A stretch of 64,000 nt of DNA from Tubulanus polymorphus (taxonomy: Eukaryota; Animalia; Nemertea). Shown here one piece after another: positions 1 to 12,578 of the stretch; the stretch's first letter is position 1; each line of letters starts with the position of its first letter. The stretch is taken from NCBI RefSeq assembly GCF_964204645.1, contig NC_134034.1, positions 8,010,962 through 8,074,961 of the forward strand, given 5' to 3'. Position numbers and translations under genes: made by a program. The notes under the pieces were generated by a model. It was not told the origin of the DNA and did no database searches. It worked only from the letters and a program-made list of their open reading frames with translations.

Positions 1-3000
1 CACGTTTGGTATGATAACAGGCTGAATAATCGTCGTAGGATGAGCGCTGTGTTTTCTGTTCGATAGAATTTGTAATTTCTTGTGACCTGAAAATACTAAG
101 CAGCAAACTATAGGCATAGGTCGAGGTCTGAATATTGTGTAGTGGTAAATTCCAGGATTTAAAACGATCTAATGCTACGCCCCGGTGTATTACTCAATAT
201 TCAGCCACCCTCTGACATGTGACTTCATATGTATTTTATTTGAATATTTTTTCATATTGTTAAAAATATTTTTTTGAAAATATAAAATAGTTTCCCTGCC
301 GCGCCTACCTGTACCCTACAAAATTTTGGACGTAGACCGTAAACAAATGTATATCTTTGGTCTTATTTGACTACAAAATAATTCTCTAAGAAAGATAAAA
401 TACAATATAAACTTGTGGAACTTTGAAGTCACGAATTAAAAAGATTTTTCAAGCAATGTCCTTACTCCAAACAACCTCTAGCTTTCAAGGTAAACCATAC
501 TTTGCCCATGGACAATTTATTTCATATCGTGAAAAATATTTTTTGATATGACATCACAGGGAAAGCCCTTCAGAAAAAACACTTACTTTGAAAGCACTTT
601 AGTAGGGCTTTTCCAGTGACATCATTATCAAGAAAATAGTATTGATTGTTCAGCCATGTGCTGGTAAGTCATAGGGCAAACCTATTACCATGTATTTCAT
701 CTAAGTTGAACATGCTTACTTTACAGTGCACCACGATTTCATCTTATCGGTTGTTAATACCTTATTGCAAACCTGGGCTAAAATAAATCCGGATTTCTGA
801 TTGGCTAATAATGACATCATCTAAGCTGCGTATGTAACTGCGCACTCGGTCCACTGTGGCACGGTTTTGTACCGTGACAAACTCGATGCCATCAGGTTCG
901 AATCACTGCTGGGAAGTTGAGGAAACTTTCTGTTTCCAAGTAATCGTGAGAAAGTTGCATCGCGAGATCGACAGCCGAGTAGTGAGATTGGCGGGACACC
1001 TCTCTGTCAACAACCTCGCCGCTAATAATTTTTTTTAATTTTTTGGTTTCTCCTTCACCCTTCCACATTAGTATATAAAATAGGAATAAAAAATGATTTT
1101 TTGATTTTATTTTTTTCCCATTCACCCTTCCACATTTTAGTTATATGAAATACCAATTTTTTTTTTTTTTCTTCACCCTTCCAAAATTTTCCTTAAAAAA
1201 TCTGTGCTCCAACTAATTTAAAAAAAAGGCCTTAGGTAAAGATTATACATTTTGAACAAACCTAACATGTTACTTTGTCACACAATAGGCTTCCAGAAGC
1301 CTGAGAATGTATTTCTGAGTGTGTAGATTCAAAAAATTATCTTACTAAATCTTACATAGGGGATTTGCGCCTCCAGTCCTTGCACTGCAACTATTTGCCA
1401 TATTTAAACCCTTTCAGCGTTTCTACACTGCAGTGCTGATGAGTACATCTGTGATAGACTTTGCAAGTACACTGCACTGGTGTATTGATGTAACTAGTAA
1501 TTAGATTTTTATCTTCAAACACAATTCAAATATTAGTAACTAACAATACACCACAGAGCAGTGTAAACGCACTATAGCGGTATGCCTGAATGTTATTTAA
1601 TGCATTGGGGTGGACTTATTTTTAATTCAAATAATCACCAGCACTTAAGTGTATTCCATGTAATTCGTCAGCACTGAAAATTCCACTCATTGGAAATGAT
1701 CACCCTCCTCCAAAAAAAAATTAGAGCACGCCATGATCCTGGCTGGCCTCTTATTGAATGTTTATCTAGAAATCGGGACCATGCAATTGGGTATGTGAGA
1801 GATTTGTTTTTTCATATTTCAAGTTTTGTTCAAGCATAAGGTCAGTTCATGTGAATCGTCTAGATCTGTTGAGAAAGGTTGGGGGTAAAGTGATGTGTGT
1901 TGGCATCAGGCAAATGCTAGACATTGCTTTACTCCTACATTCATGAAGTTTGTCTTCACATTAGCTAAGTAGTCACTATTTTTGAGACCCAATTTCTGTA
2001 GTTCCTGTTCGAATCTGGTCAAGTAAACTTCACTTGGGTAAGTGTGCAATATAACGATCATCCCAGCTATGACGACTTCAGCAAGTATAACTAAAACAGT
2101 TTTATAGCCCGCTTGGCTTAAGAATCGGGTGAGAATGCGCTCCTGCGTCTAGTGTGATGATTTTTGAAAGAAATTGATGTTTTATGTTGGCAATGAATCA
2201 TGTGTGTAGATTGGGGTTCGAAACTGCCATAGTGCATTTGCTCTGGCATGCAGTGAGTTGGACAATCGTGGTAACAACAATCTAACAGTAAGAACTTGGC
2301 TCCCTTATGCCTTCTTTACTGCATTTTCCACCTATATGAAAATAAAAGCTCATGCTCATCTTCAATCCTCCCTTAAATATTTTATTCCAAGTAACGATAC
2401 CTCCCTCGTCCCTCGCCCCAGAAACTAGTGTGATAAGAACACTGTCTCAATTTCTAATGGCCTTACTTGCCCAGGGGCAAGCACATTGACAATCAGGATT
2501 TCACTTGCCCCCTCAAAAATCTTCCTTATATATTTTGGGCTAAAAGAAATTATCAAAAGTGTTAGAATCAGAAACTTTATTTTCAATGATAGATTCTGAA
2601 ATAATGAAAACAATCAAATGGGAAAACATTTCAAAAAATCGTTTGTGCGGAAATATGTCATTTACATAACTTTTCCATACATGTAGGTCTTAGTCTTTTT
2701 CATATTCACATGAATGTATGTTGCATCGATTGGAAAAAAATTGTATGGGACATAGAAATGGACTAGCCCGGTGCACTTGTCCCAATTGGCAATTGGACAA
2801 GCACTTAGATCTGGGTTAATACATATTTAGTGACTCCATAGAAACCGTACGAATTCTCAACTCGGCTCTGTTCAACTTCATATAACGGGATCTAACTCGT
2901 CTGTAGACACCTATATATATATTTTAATGCACATAACTGCTAACAGTGTCATTACTGTCAGTAGTAATAACAGTAGACCCTGCTTAGTGCTGTTAATTTA

Positions 3001-3169
3001 GGATCAATTTATCGTTTACGAGTGATCTTGATAAAAACAATATATTCAACATACACTTTCCGCATGGAGACCACCACGAATTATATGCAGATCAAACTCT
3101 TACGCCTTTGGTTGTATTTTGATGGAACTTGGTACAACCGTTTGTTATGGTGTAGTTGTAGACCTGCAA

Positions 3170-3215
3170 TTTTTAGGCCAGCCATAGGCTGAGCCTATTA
3201 CTATACAAATGGAGC
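3170..3215 (+). repeat. Dispersed repeat end, second copy at 63955-64000 (possibly a Helentron-type non-autonomous element)
   Basis: TTTTTAGGCCAGCC(A/G)TAGGCTGAGCCTATTACTATACAAATGGAGC occurs at both places with 1 mismatch; it begins in a T-run followed by a short hairpin. Confidence 0.55.
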
Positions 3216-4120
3216 AAATTGAAATGACATAGTTTCCAGATCAAAGGCTTTTTTCATTGTATCTGTTATTTTAACCCTTGGGCTGCTGATATCAAACGAC
3301 ATCCATACAAAGTTCATCAGTAAGGTTTACACGTCACGAGTCCGACGGTTCACGAGTCTGAGAGTTAACGAATTTGATATTTTCTCTTGTAAGGGGGTGA
3401 TTTTCCCATCTATCTATAGACATATATCATCTGGATCTATAGACTCATAAGTTTTTGTTCGACACAACTCGAGTTGTTTTTACCTGCGGGTGAAGATACA
3501 TATCGCAACAACACTGGTGAGGTATACAGAAATATGCACCAAAACCGACACTGGCAAAAAGACACCAACGCAACACTGGTGAAAATACACATCAACCCAC
3601 CCAACACTGGTGGAGAACCGTGGTCCGATACCGCAACCAAGCTTGCGGTGAGGTGTTAACAAGAAAATTAATTTTAATCAATTTTTGATGCCTGCGCAAA
3701 AAAATGTAGAATTTCTTGGATAAGCTAATGTGGAATTGCAAATTTCAAATTCGAAGTTTTAAGAAATTTGGGGAATTATGAGATTTGGCGATTGGGTAGA
3801 TAATACAGGTCTTCGACTCTAGTAGTGGTTTAATCTTTTTTGTCAATAATTGATAACTTGCGACCAACTTCATTCACTTTAGCCTGTAAGCTGGTGTGCT
3901 ACTTCATTGCCTCTATGGTTGAGGAAAGAGCGTTCTGATGTCTGCTTCCTCATGACTTCGAGCATATCGTGTGGCCTAGCCAGCCGGCCCGGTCCCCGAG
4001 CCACGGGTTTGGCTGCCACTCGGTATCCTAGTCTTGAGTCTGGATTGAAGTAGACATTGTCATTTAAAATAACTTGTTTATGTTATTCTGTATGAATTAC
4101 CCGTGTGTCTTGTATTGTAT

Positions 4121-4626
4121 TTTTAGGGTTTTCTGACTTTCGTCGAAAACCCTCTTGAAATTCTGTTGATTATTGTTATTATATATTTTCCGCCGATTTC
4201 GTCCAATAAAATTCATCTTCATTCAGATTCGGCAACTGACAGTTTCGAAACGAAATGTATAAATTGATACTGTAATAACGGTCTCTCTGAACCAACAGAT
4301 TGTCTGAATGTACTTTCCATCCTATTTGAAACTTAAAATTACTTATTAGGTTACTGTAAATAAAGAATTGAATTGAATTGTTAGACAACAAGCACCGGCG
4401 AAATAACAGTTTGTGACGTCATTTAGTAAGTAGATAAAGGAGGGCTCAAAGAATTTCCAAATCACGGGGGACTATACTTGGGTTAGACCATTCAACCAAA
4501 AAGAGGATTGCTCCGATAATATCCAAATCATCTCATTTTATTTTTTCCATCGAATACCCGGTAATTAATTTTTCCTTTCGATCACATGCATCCAAAAAAC
4601 CCGTTATTGCTGCTTTGCAGCTATAT
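4121..4626 (+). mobile_element. Helentron-associated (HINE/DINE-like) non-autonomous element
   Basis: Starts in a T-run; 5' hairpin AGGGTTTTC...GAAAACCCT; 3' AAAACCC subterminal repeat followed by a short palindrome (GCTGCTTTGCAGC). Confidence 0.45.
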
Positions 4627-5719
4627 TCTTGTTTTTAAATTTGTATTTATTGAATTTGGGAATTTTATCCCAGAATTTCAATGTAATGAGAATCAATAAA
4701 GAATTGAATTGAATTTTCACCTACATACATGCATCAGAGGACGCAGAGCCGTATATAACAGCTATGCTATTATAAATTGCTAATCTCATGAAACCTGCAT
4801 ACCCCTAATATCAAACATATATTCTAAAAGATTTGAATATTGAAATAATATGTTTACACATTTGACCGCTTGTAGCCGCTGATGAAATTCACGCTGGCCC
4901 TACACACATCATAGATAGCTTCGTCATTCCACCAACATCCCCACGACGGGGTCTGACTTTTATATCAGACTTCCAAATAGTGTATACATCCGCTATTTAA
5001 CCGAATAATCCGATTTACTTATCATTTCTATTCATGCCTGCCGCTTCTGATATAATCATACATCCTTTACTATTACAATACGTCTTCTAATGATATTCAA
5101 TGCAATATTTCGACGTTCAAATATAGCTCATACAATCACAGGAAGCCATTCTACATCTTTGTCAATGATATTTTGCCAAATAGCTTGTATGTGTACACAT
5201 AGACCTATGACGTTTTGCATACGATTTACGGTTGTCGTTTGTAAAATGACGCTGAATGGTTAACATTGTTCAGGTTTCATAATGGTAGCCTTTTATAAGG
5301 CGTCAAAAAATATTGAAAAATACGGAAATCACTTTATGCACGGCCCCCAACATGAGCTGATATTTCATTACATGTAAGGTTATATTTCCATCAAGTACTG
5401 TACCCTTTCCTATGGTTTTTGCCAATATTTTCTAAATTTGGATTTATCGCCAATGGTTTTTCTATACGACCCGGCCCTGCGGTATTGCATTTAGCCACCG
5501 ACGAAATCCGCCATCTTTTTTCTTGGCGTTCTCGCAATAGAACGCGTTGGATTTTTTCGCCGTAGAAATCTGGGAATTAGGATATTAGGGAGTTTTCACT
5601 CTCATAACGGTGAGTCCGTTCGGTTTGGGGGTTATCCCTGGTTTCTTTTTTCCGTAAGAATTTTATTTACAAATATAATTTGATTGAATTGAATTGTTTT
5701 GATTTGTAACAGGATAATT

Positions 5720-7976
5720 ATGCCACCCCCTCCTAAGGGTCAGCATCGTGGCGGGGAGGGATGCGGGCATTTGTTTGGCGCCTGGGACAACCACGATTCA
5801 TGTGCGTCGTGCAGGTGCAAATCCGGTCAAATATGTGCAAGGAGCAATCCTTGCAAGATTTGCGTCGTGTGGTCCGAGGACCTATGGCTTCGGGCCGATA
5901 AGGCTCTTAAACTAAGAGATCGTCGTCGAGTTAGCAGGGATTCGTCGGTTTCAGCCGATGTGCCAACCGACGTTTCTAATCCTGTTTCTTATCGTAAAGC
6001 GGAGCGGTCTCCGGTCGTTCAGGTACGATCGGCTTCCCAACTCCGTTCACCGGGAAGGAACGCTGGTTCACCGGCACCGGTCTCCGGTCATTCACCGGTC
6101 TCTGGTCGTTCACCGGTTCGGCCGGTTCAGACTACATGTTCGGAACCGAGCGCGCGCGGCGGTAGTCGCAAACGGCCCGCACCGGTTCGGTCGGTACCGG
6201 TCCGGGTCGGGCACCGGTCCAGTCCAGACGTCGTCCGGTTCAAAACATCCGGTACGTTCATCGTCTGATTCTGATCGTCGCTCCGGGGATAGAGCTCGCT
6301 CTCCCACTAGATTTAGACGCCGTGAGCGTAATAAACGAGCAAGATCTCCTTCTCGCAGATCAAGGTTTGATCGCAAGAGGGACTACGATCGTTATTGTCG
6401 GAAGTTTCGCCGTCGGTCTTCTCGTCGTTCGTCGACGTCGGTTAGCGATGAAAGCGATTCTTCTAGTAGGTCGCGATCCCGTTCGAGGGACTGTCACCGA
6501 AGTCGGCATGATCGTCGGGATACTGGAAAATACCTGACTCAGAAGGATTTCCATGTATTTGAGGAGAAAATTTTAAACTTGTTATCTTCGTCGCAACAAG
6601 TCGCTGCTACTCTACAACAGGTAAGCCTATTCCTGATTGTCCGGTTAGAAGTTCGCCAGCCCACTCAGTTTTTCGGAATTCTGACTGAATTCCTGGATGC
6701 TGCGGTAGGGTCTGATTTCAATGAGGATCCGGTCCCAGAAGCGGCAATTCCTTCTGGGGTCGTTCCTGTCGCGAGCAATTGTGGGTTGCCCCAGACGATG
6801 GGGGCTTCCCTGGCTCGCAATGTATCTCCGTCCCATTCAGTTTTATCCGAACCAGCGGGGGACATGCCATTTAGAGCGATGATAAGTGAGTTCTTTGTCA
6901 AGCACGGGGCAACTCACGCTAAGCCCACAGCAGCTCCTCTGGTCGGTGAGTCAATGGAAGCTTATCGCCCTCCGGACTCCGATCTTAACGTTTTACGGGA
7001 ATCGTCAGCGGCTTCGAGAGAATGGGCTCGATTGGATACGCAATTATGGGGTGAATGTCGGCCTGGAACATTTTCATTTCCCCCTCCAGAACGGGGTATG
7101 AAATCTGGGAAATATTTTAGTTCAACCGATCCACCTATAGGCGCATTTCGCTCGGCGTATTACGCAACTCCAGGTGCTGTGGATCACAGTCATAACTGCC
7201 TGGATGCTGATTATACTTTGATCAGCCCGGATACTGTTACAGCACAGTCAGGTATTCGTTTGCCTAAGTCCGGTTTGGTGGCCATGACGTCAATCCTGGA
7301 CAATCTTACCAGGGTTGGTTCGTTTCAAGATATGGCACTTAAGGTGTTGACGGGTGAGCTTCGCGAGACTCACGCCGCCGTTCATGCAGGCTCCGACCCA
7401 GAGTCAGTTGCCCTAAAACTGGAGGGAATGGACCGGATTATCCAATCTTTGGCTCGGTCTGTTTCGCATGTAATTCCGTTGTCGGTTCGGGGTCAGGCTA
7501 ATCTGGTGTTAGCCTCCCGTCAGTCAGTGATGGACTCCAGTTCCAAAACTCGTCTACCGGATATGGTGTCCAATGCTTTGCTGAGAGCCCCATTGGGGAC
7601 GTCTTCATGTCTCTTCTCCGGTTGGTGCGCTCCGGTTTCCGCAGAGCTGAGGAAGATTCGGGAGGTTCAGGCCAAGTCCAACCCCCGAACTCCGTGGAAA
7701 AAGCGTTCTGGTCCGACGCCGGCGGCGCAAGGTTCGGCACGGACGCAAACAGGACCATCTCAAACTTCAGCGCTTTCTCAGGCGGCTTCGGATGCCGGTT
7801 GGAGAACTAGCGCGCAACTTCAACAATCGTGTCAAGCCTCGTCCGGTCGTAACAGTTCCGGTTCGTATCGAGGCAAGGGGAAGGCTCTTCGTTTCGGAAA
7901 AACTCGAAATGAATTCTTGGGACCAGTGGGAGGTTGTCTGCAGCAGGCAGCAACCCACTGGGTCGACCTCTTTTGA
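5720..7976 (+). pseudogene. DIRS ORF1 (gag-like), frameshifted
   Basis: N-terminal Cys/His cluster CGH...HDSCASC...C...PCKIC..W in ORF 5699-6268, continued by the R/S-rich and helical region of ORF 5958-7976. Confidence 0.75.
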
Positions 7977-8042
7977 GACGGTTGGCCCTCCCGGGTCGTC
8001 TCTCGTGGTTACCGTCTCCGTTTCCTAAGGCGACCGCGCCTG

Positions 8043-9317
8043 ATGAGGTCACCTCCCGACATGCGGCCAAAACCAGGTCAGGAGGCCTTGATCTCTCCGG
8101 CTCCCAAGGAATTGGCTGAGAAGGGAGCGATCGAACCAGTTTGCGACGAAACTTCTCCCGGCTGGTTTTCTCGAATATTCATGGTACCAAAGGCCACAGG
8201 GGGTCAACGGACAGTGATAGATCTGTCATCCCTCAATCGGCACCTAGACATTCCAAGGTTCCGGATGACCAAGCCCAAGGACGTGATTCAAGGGCTCCGT
8301 CCGGGTCAATGGGCGGCTTCATTGGACCTGAAAGATGCTTACTTTCAGGTTCCAATTCACCCAAAATCTTGGCGATTTCTCAGGATAAAGTGGAAAGGCC
8401 GCCAGTTCCAATTCAGGTCTCTTCCATTTGTCCTCAGTACGGCCCCGTGGGTTTTCACCAAGTTGGTCAAGTCAGTTCAGAAGGTACTTCAGTCAAGGGG
8501 TGTTCGACTGTTCGTTTACCTCGACGACTGGTTAATAGTCGCGAATTCGGCTCAGGAATGTCGGGAGGCAATGACCTCAGTCTTGGACTTAGTCCATCAG
8601 CTAGGGTTCCGCGTAAACAGGGAAAAATCTCAGTTGACGCCGGCCCAACAGTTCACTTATCTCGGCATGGACTTCGATCTCCGAATCGGCAAAGTCTTTC
8701 CGTCTATGGTTCGAGTAGCCAAACTTCAAGAAGCTGTAGTGGGAGTGTCCACAACCCCGAGAACAGCTCGTTACTGGTCACGGCTTCTAGGCTCCATCAG
8801 CTCCATGGGTCTGGTGGTGCCCTTAGGCCGCCTCAGAAGCAGGCGCTTGCAACAATATTGGAAGGTCTTCTGGTCTCAGTCGAAGGGCAACTGGGAGGCC
8901 TTGATTCCCGTACCTCCAACCGATCTAAGTCCGGATCTTCAGTGGTGGGCGGCAACTACGAATCTTCGGCTCGGGGTGTCACTAGCCCCGTTAGAGGCTC
9001 CAGTTCACCATGTTGGCCAGCTCAGAAATGGTTCCTACCACTTCTCAACCTACTGCGACAACCCCAGGATTCTTCCGAATTTCCCATCGCTTCTGTCTCA
9101 GGGGAACTTTCGGCATCATCCAAACAGCCAGTGGTTAAATCTGCTCGCCTGGCCATTGTCCAGCGATCCTTGTCAGCTTCAGGCTTTTCAGAACAGGCTG
9201 CCTCCTTTATCGCAGGATCTAAGCGGCCATCAACAAGTACCATTTACGATGCCAAATGGAGTCATTTTGCGGATTGGTGTGCTGCAGGGGAAATTGATCC
9301 ATGCTCACCCTCTGTAG
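8043..9317 (+). CDS. DIRS reverse transcriptase; RNase H and most of the methyltransferase-like region appear deleted
   Basis: FSRIFMVPK, VIDLSSLN, SLDLKDAYFQVPI, LPFVLSTAPWVFTK, VYLDDWLI; no TDAS-type RNase H motif afterwards. Confidence 0.9.
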   Translation: MRSPPDMRPKPGQEALISPAPKELAEKGAIEPVCDETSPGWFSRIFMVPKATGGQRTVIDLSSLNRHLDIPRFRMTKPKDVIQGLRPGQWAASLDLKDAYFQVPIHPKSWRFLRIKWKGRQFQFRSLPFVLSTAPWVFTKLVKSVQKVLQSRGVRLFVYLDDWLIVANSAQECREAMTSVLDLVHQLGFRVNREKSQLTPAQQFTYLGMDFDLRIGKVFPSMVRVAKLQEAVVGVSTTPRTARYWSRLLGSISSMGLVVPLGRLRSRRLQQYWKVFWSQSKGNWEALIPVPPTDLSPDLQWWAATTNLRLGVSLAPLEAPVHHVGQLRNGSYHFSTYCDNPRILPNFPSLLSQGNFRHHPNSQWLNLLAWPLSSDPCQLQAFQNRLPPLSQDLSGHQQVPFTMPNGVILRIGVLQGKLIHAHPL

Positions 9318-10228
9318 CTCAATTGGCAGATTTTTTACTGCACCTATTTGTAGTAAAAGGTTTGCAAGTCATAATTATTAAAGGTTACCGCTCCGCGATT
9401 TCTCATACATTGCGTGCTTCTGGATGGCCAAATGTAGCAGGGGATCATCGGATATCCCAGCTGGTTGCAGGGTTTTCTATTTCCCGGCCTCGGGTAACAA
9501 GGACAGTTCCACCATGGGATCTGTCTGTAATTTTGAAGAAGTTAATGGAGGCTCCATTTGAACCTCTTTCGGCAGCGTCATTTGCAAATTTGTCAAAAAA
9601 GACTGTATTTTTGCTGTTCTTGGCTTGCTCGGCCCGTCGCTCTGAGATTCATGCACTTTCAGTCCGACAAGGTCATATTGTCTTTGGGCCAGCGTATGAA
9701 TTTGTTTCGCTGCGGCCTGCTTTGGAATTTTTGGCAAAGAACCAACGACCAGGCTCGGTTGGGCGTCAATGGCGAATTGAAGCCCTAAAACATCGAGTGG
9801 AATCGGGCATCCCGGACAGGACTTTATGTCCTGTGCGGGCGTTGTGTTTCTATTTAGATCGCTCTGCTTCACGGAGGGGTTCACGGGAGCGGTTATTTAT
9901 TCCGCTGCTGGATCACCTAAAGGGGGATATTTCGCGGGACACAGTGGCCCGATGGGTCTCTTCACTGATCAAGGACATTTTATTGAAGGAGAATCTTTCC
10001 TCGGAGGGAGTGGTTTCTCATCAAGTGAGGTCTATGGCTACTTCCTGCGCAGCCTTTTCGGGTGCTCCGTTGGAGGAAGTCTGTCGGGCCGCCTTTTGGA
10101 ATTCACCGTCGACATTCACGTCATTTTATTTACAGGATGTTTCAGGCCAGTTAGGCTCATTAGCTTCACTTGGTCCTGTTGTCATGGCTCAAGGTGTCCG
10201 TTTTTTCCGATCGGACCCTTTAGTGTAG
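8141..10228 (+). CDS. DIRS tyrosine recombinase (domain in the C-terminal ~360 aa)
   Basis: STIYDAKWSHFADWC, SARRSEIHAL (catalytic R), LCPVRAL, SHQVRS (HxxR), AAFW...TFTSFY (catalytic Y). Confidence 0.9.
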   Translation: MRRNFSRLVFSNIHGTKGHRGSTDSDRSVIPQSAPRHSKVPDDQAQGRDSRAPSGSMGGFIGPERCLLSGSNSPKILAISQDKVERPPVPIQVSSICPQYGPVGFHQVGQVSSEGTSVKGCSTVRLPRRLVNSREFGSGMSGGNDLSLGLSPSARVPRKQGKISVDAGPTVHLSRHGLRSPNRQSLSVYGSSSQTSRSCSGSVHNPENSSLLVTASRLHQLHGSGGALRPPQKQALATILEGLLVSVEGQLGGLDSRTSNRSKSGSSVVGGNYESSARGVTSPVRGSSSPCWPAQKWFLPLLNLLRQPQDSSEFPIASVSGELSASSKQPVVKSARLAIVQRSLSASGFSEQAASFIAGSKRPSTSTIYDAKWSHFADWCAAGEIDPCSPSVAQLADFLLHLFVVKGLQVIIIKGYRSAISHTLRASGWPNVAGDHRISQLVAGFSISRPRVTRTVPPWDLSVILKKLMEAPFEPLSAASFANLSKKTVFLLFLACSARRSEIHALSVRQGHIVFGPAYEFVSLRPALEFLAKNQRPGSVGRQWRIEALKHRVESGIPDRTLCPVRALCFYLDRSASRRGSRERLFIPLLDHLKGDISRDTVARWVSSLIKDILLKENLSSEGVVSHQVRSMATSCAAFSGAPLEEVCRAAFWNSPSTFTSFYLQDVSGQLGSLASLGPVVMAQGVRFFRSDPLV

Positions 10229-10497
10229 AATATTTATGTTGCATTATCAGGATCACAGGGGGTGTATCCTTGTACATAGTTTGCATAGTACAGGCTCATA
10301 TCTGCAAGTATTAATTTCGCAAAATTCTGGGGGGGGGGCCCTGAGCTGGATGGACTCACTGTGGCCAACTGGTCTTCCCTGTGCTACAGTGCTCCATTCC
10401 GTGCTTGGGTAAGTGCTCTCTTTTTCCCTCTTACCTTGCGTTTGAGCGGTGGTTTTTCTATCTACCTTTCCCACCATCCTTGTGCTAGGCTAGTCTA

Positions 10498-10595
10498 GCA
10501 AAAACCATAGGAAAGGGTACAGTACTCGGCGGAAAAATTACAATTTTTGGAACTAAAATTTGTATTTCCGAGTAGTACTTACCCTTTCCTATGGT
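10498..10595. repeat. DIRS internal complementary region (ICR)
   Basis: First half is complementary to the left terminus (about 5385-5422), second half to the right terminus (about 10756-10818). Confidence 0.9.
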
Positions 10596-11304
10596 GGGAA
10601 TCCTGCCACCTGCCCCGCATAGCTGTTTTTTTTTTTTGGTCTGCTATGACGTAAAAAGATGGCGGATTTCGCCGGTGGCTAAATGCAATACCGGAGGCCG
10701 GGTCGTATAGAAAAACCATTGGCGATAAATCCAAATTTAGAGAATATTGGCAAAAACCATAGGAAAGGGTAAGTACTACTCGGAAATACAAATTTTAGTT
10801 CCAAAAATTGTAATTTTTCTTTGCTTGAAATTACATAAGATTTTGGGACTCGTGAACTGTCGGACTGGTGAACCGTCGGACTCGTGGGCTGTTACCATCA
10901 GTTAGGGCTGCCGGCATCATATGACATACTCGGCCAGACCTGACATACTGACCTCTAGCAGTTGAAGGCATTGGAGTTATGCTAGTTTCACACAACAGTA
11001 GCATCTACCAATTGGCTAATTGCTATTATAGGAGTTTCAGTGCGCTGAAAATGCCTGATATGGGCCGAGACAGATGGGTAAAATCATCTAAACATCATTG
11101 AACTCATGATAGCAGCTGAAAACGGATAATTTGTTCATAATTTGTTTATAAAAGTTGGATATAGAAAATTTGAATTTTTCATTAAAAACCCCGGCCTGGG
11201 GAAGTTATGTAGTGAAAAAGGATTCCACATTATAATCCAACCCTTTGTGGCATCGGGCCATCAATGGTTTCCATAATAACGTTAATGAAACAAAATACAA
11301 TTTA

Positions 11305-11945
11305 AGGGGAACTGTAGTGAAAAAATTGTTGTATCTATATGTGTTAGAAACCTTTATAAATACATTTTCAAAACAGCAGAAAAACATTTCATCTAATACT
11401 TTATCCAAAAAAGAGGGTTTTGTAGAGTGACTGGCCGCCGCCATTTTCTCCACGTAGCAGACACTTTTCTCTCGGCTGTGACGTAGTTCGGCCCACTTCG
11501 ATACGTGTTACTGCTGCTATTCATAGTGTTTTCATCACTTTAAGTCCAATAACAGTTCTAAACTGCAGCATGATGCCACATCGGCAATTATTTGGATACC
11601 GGTATGTTTCACACAGTGAGTGAATAAATAAAAGTTAAGACCCCACTGGCAGCCCAGCAGGAGTATTTTAATCACAATTTTCAACTGAGATCTTCAATGA
11701 GTGTATCTATTTGTGTACACACTGGAGTGTGTGATGGGCCAGGATACGTCATCAATGTTTGCATGCCTCTCTTTGGAATTTAAATATGGTGGCTCTCATC
11801 TGCCGTAAATTCTGCTGGTAACAGTATCAAAATCGTTGTATACAAGTTAATTAGGAAGAATTGGAAATTTCAACTAGCATTATGCTAAACAACAACATGA
11901 GTAGAAATGAACGGCCAATTATAATTTTTTGACTGCAGTTCCCCT
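11305..11945. mobile_element. MITE, Kolobok-like
   Basis: TIRs AGGGGAACTGTAGT / ACTGCAGTTCCCCT with TTTA and TTAA flanks. Confidence 0.65.
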
Positions 11946-12001
11946 TTAACTTTAATGATGATAAGTTACTTCTAAGCTGTATACCATATGTTATAAACCA
12001 G

Positions 12002-12110
12002 GGGCCGGTTTTATAGACTGGTATTAACTTTAACCCGAGGCCTAACCTAGTTTATTTTCAATTGAGTTAACTCCCAGGTTTAAGGTAATACTAGTCTATA
12101 AAACCGGGCC
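12002..12110. mobile_element. Short palindromic MITE (Harbinger-like)
   Basis: GGGCCGGTTTTATAGACTGGTATTA ... TAATACTAGTCTATAAAACCGGGCC with CAG/CTG flanks. Confidence 0.6.
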
Positions 12111-12578
12111 CTGGAGATATGTGGTCCATCAAGCTGAATTATATTGATAAAATACTAAAGATATTTTCAGGATTCTGGATGGTGTTTTTTTTTCTGTTCC
12201 AATTCTTTTGTAGTACCGGTATTTGGTGCAGATTTATCAATGTTTGTCATTTGCAATTTGGTCATTTGCAGATTTTCATGACAAATCTTCATCAAAGCCT
12301 GGATTAACCAATAATAACCTTTTTTAAATCTGGTGTATAAAATTCAGCCATCTAATAATCATTATTATGATTATTATGTTAGGAATAGTTTTAGCCATTT
12401 TAGAATGACTATTTGTAGTAACTATCACAATGCTCAACCTATTCACCCAATATTGATACTGAGTTACCGTCTTATATTTTGAATTTCAATCAAGCATAAC
12501 CTATAAATCAAGAGATTTATGCGTAGCTTTTGCATGCAGAATATATCTCTTAAGCTTTAGGGGTATCGTCTTTTTCAG

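Larger units (their letters stand above)
5385..10818 (+). mobile_element. DIRS1-like tyrosine-recombinase retrotransposon (internally deleted)
   Basis: Inverted terminal repeats 5385-5520 and 10653-10818, internal complementary region 10498-10595, TTT termini, overlapping gag, RT and YR ORFs. Confidence 0.95.
3324..10896. mobile_element. Degenerate TIR DNA transposon (Merlin-like) enclosing the DIRS element
   Basis: Left end GGTTTACACGTCACGAGTCCGACGGTTCAC matches the reverse complement of the right end, GGTAACAGCCCACGAGTCCGACGGTTCAC. Flanks ATCAGTAA (3316-3323) and ATCAGTTA (10897-10904) look like an 8-bp TSD. No transposase seen. Confidence 0.45.

Noticed and set aside
6110-10314. Numerous antisense and overlapping ORFs in the DIRS element
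   Set aside because: By-products of GC-rich overlapping coding frames, with no motifs
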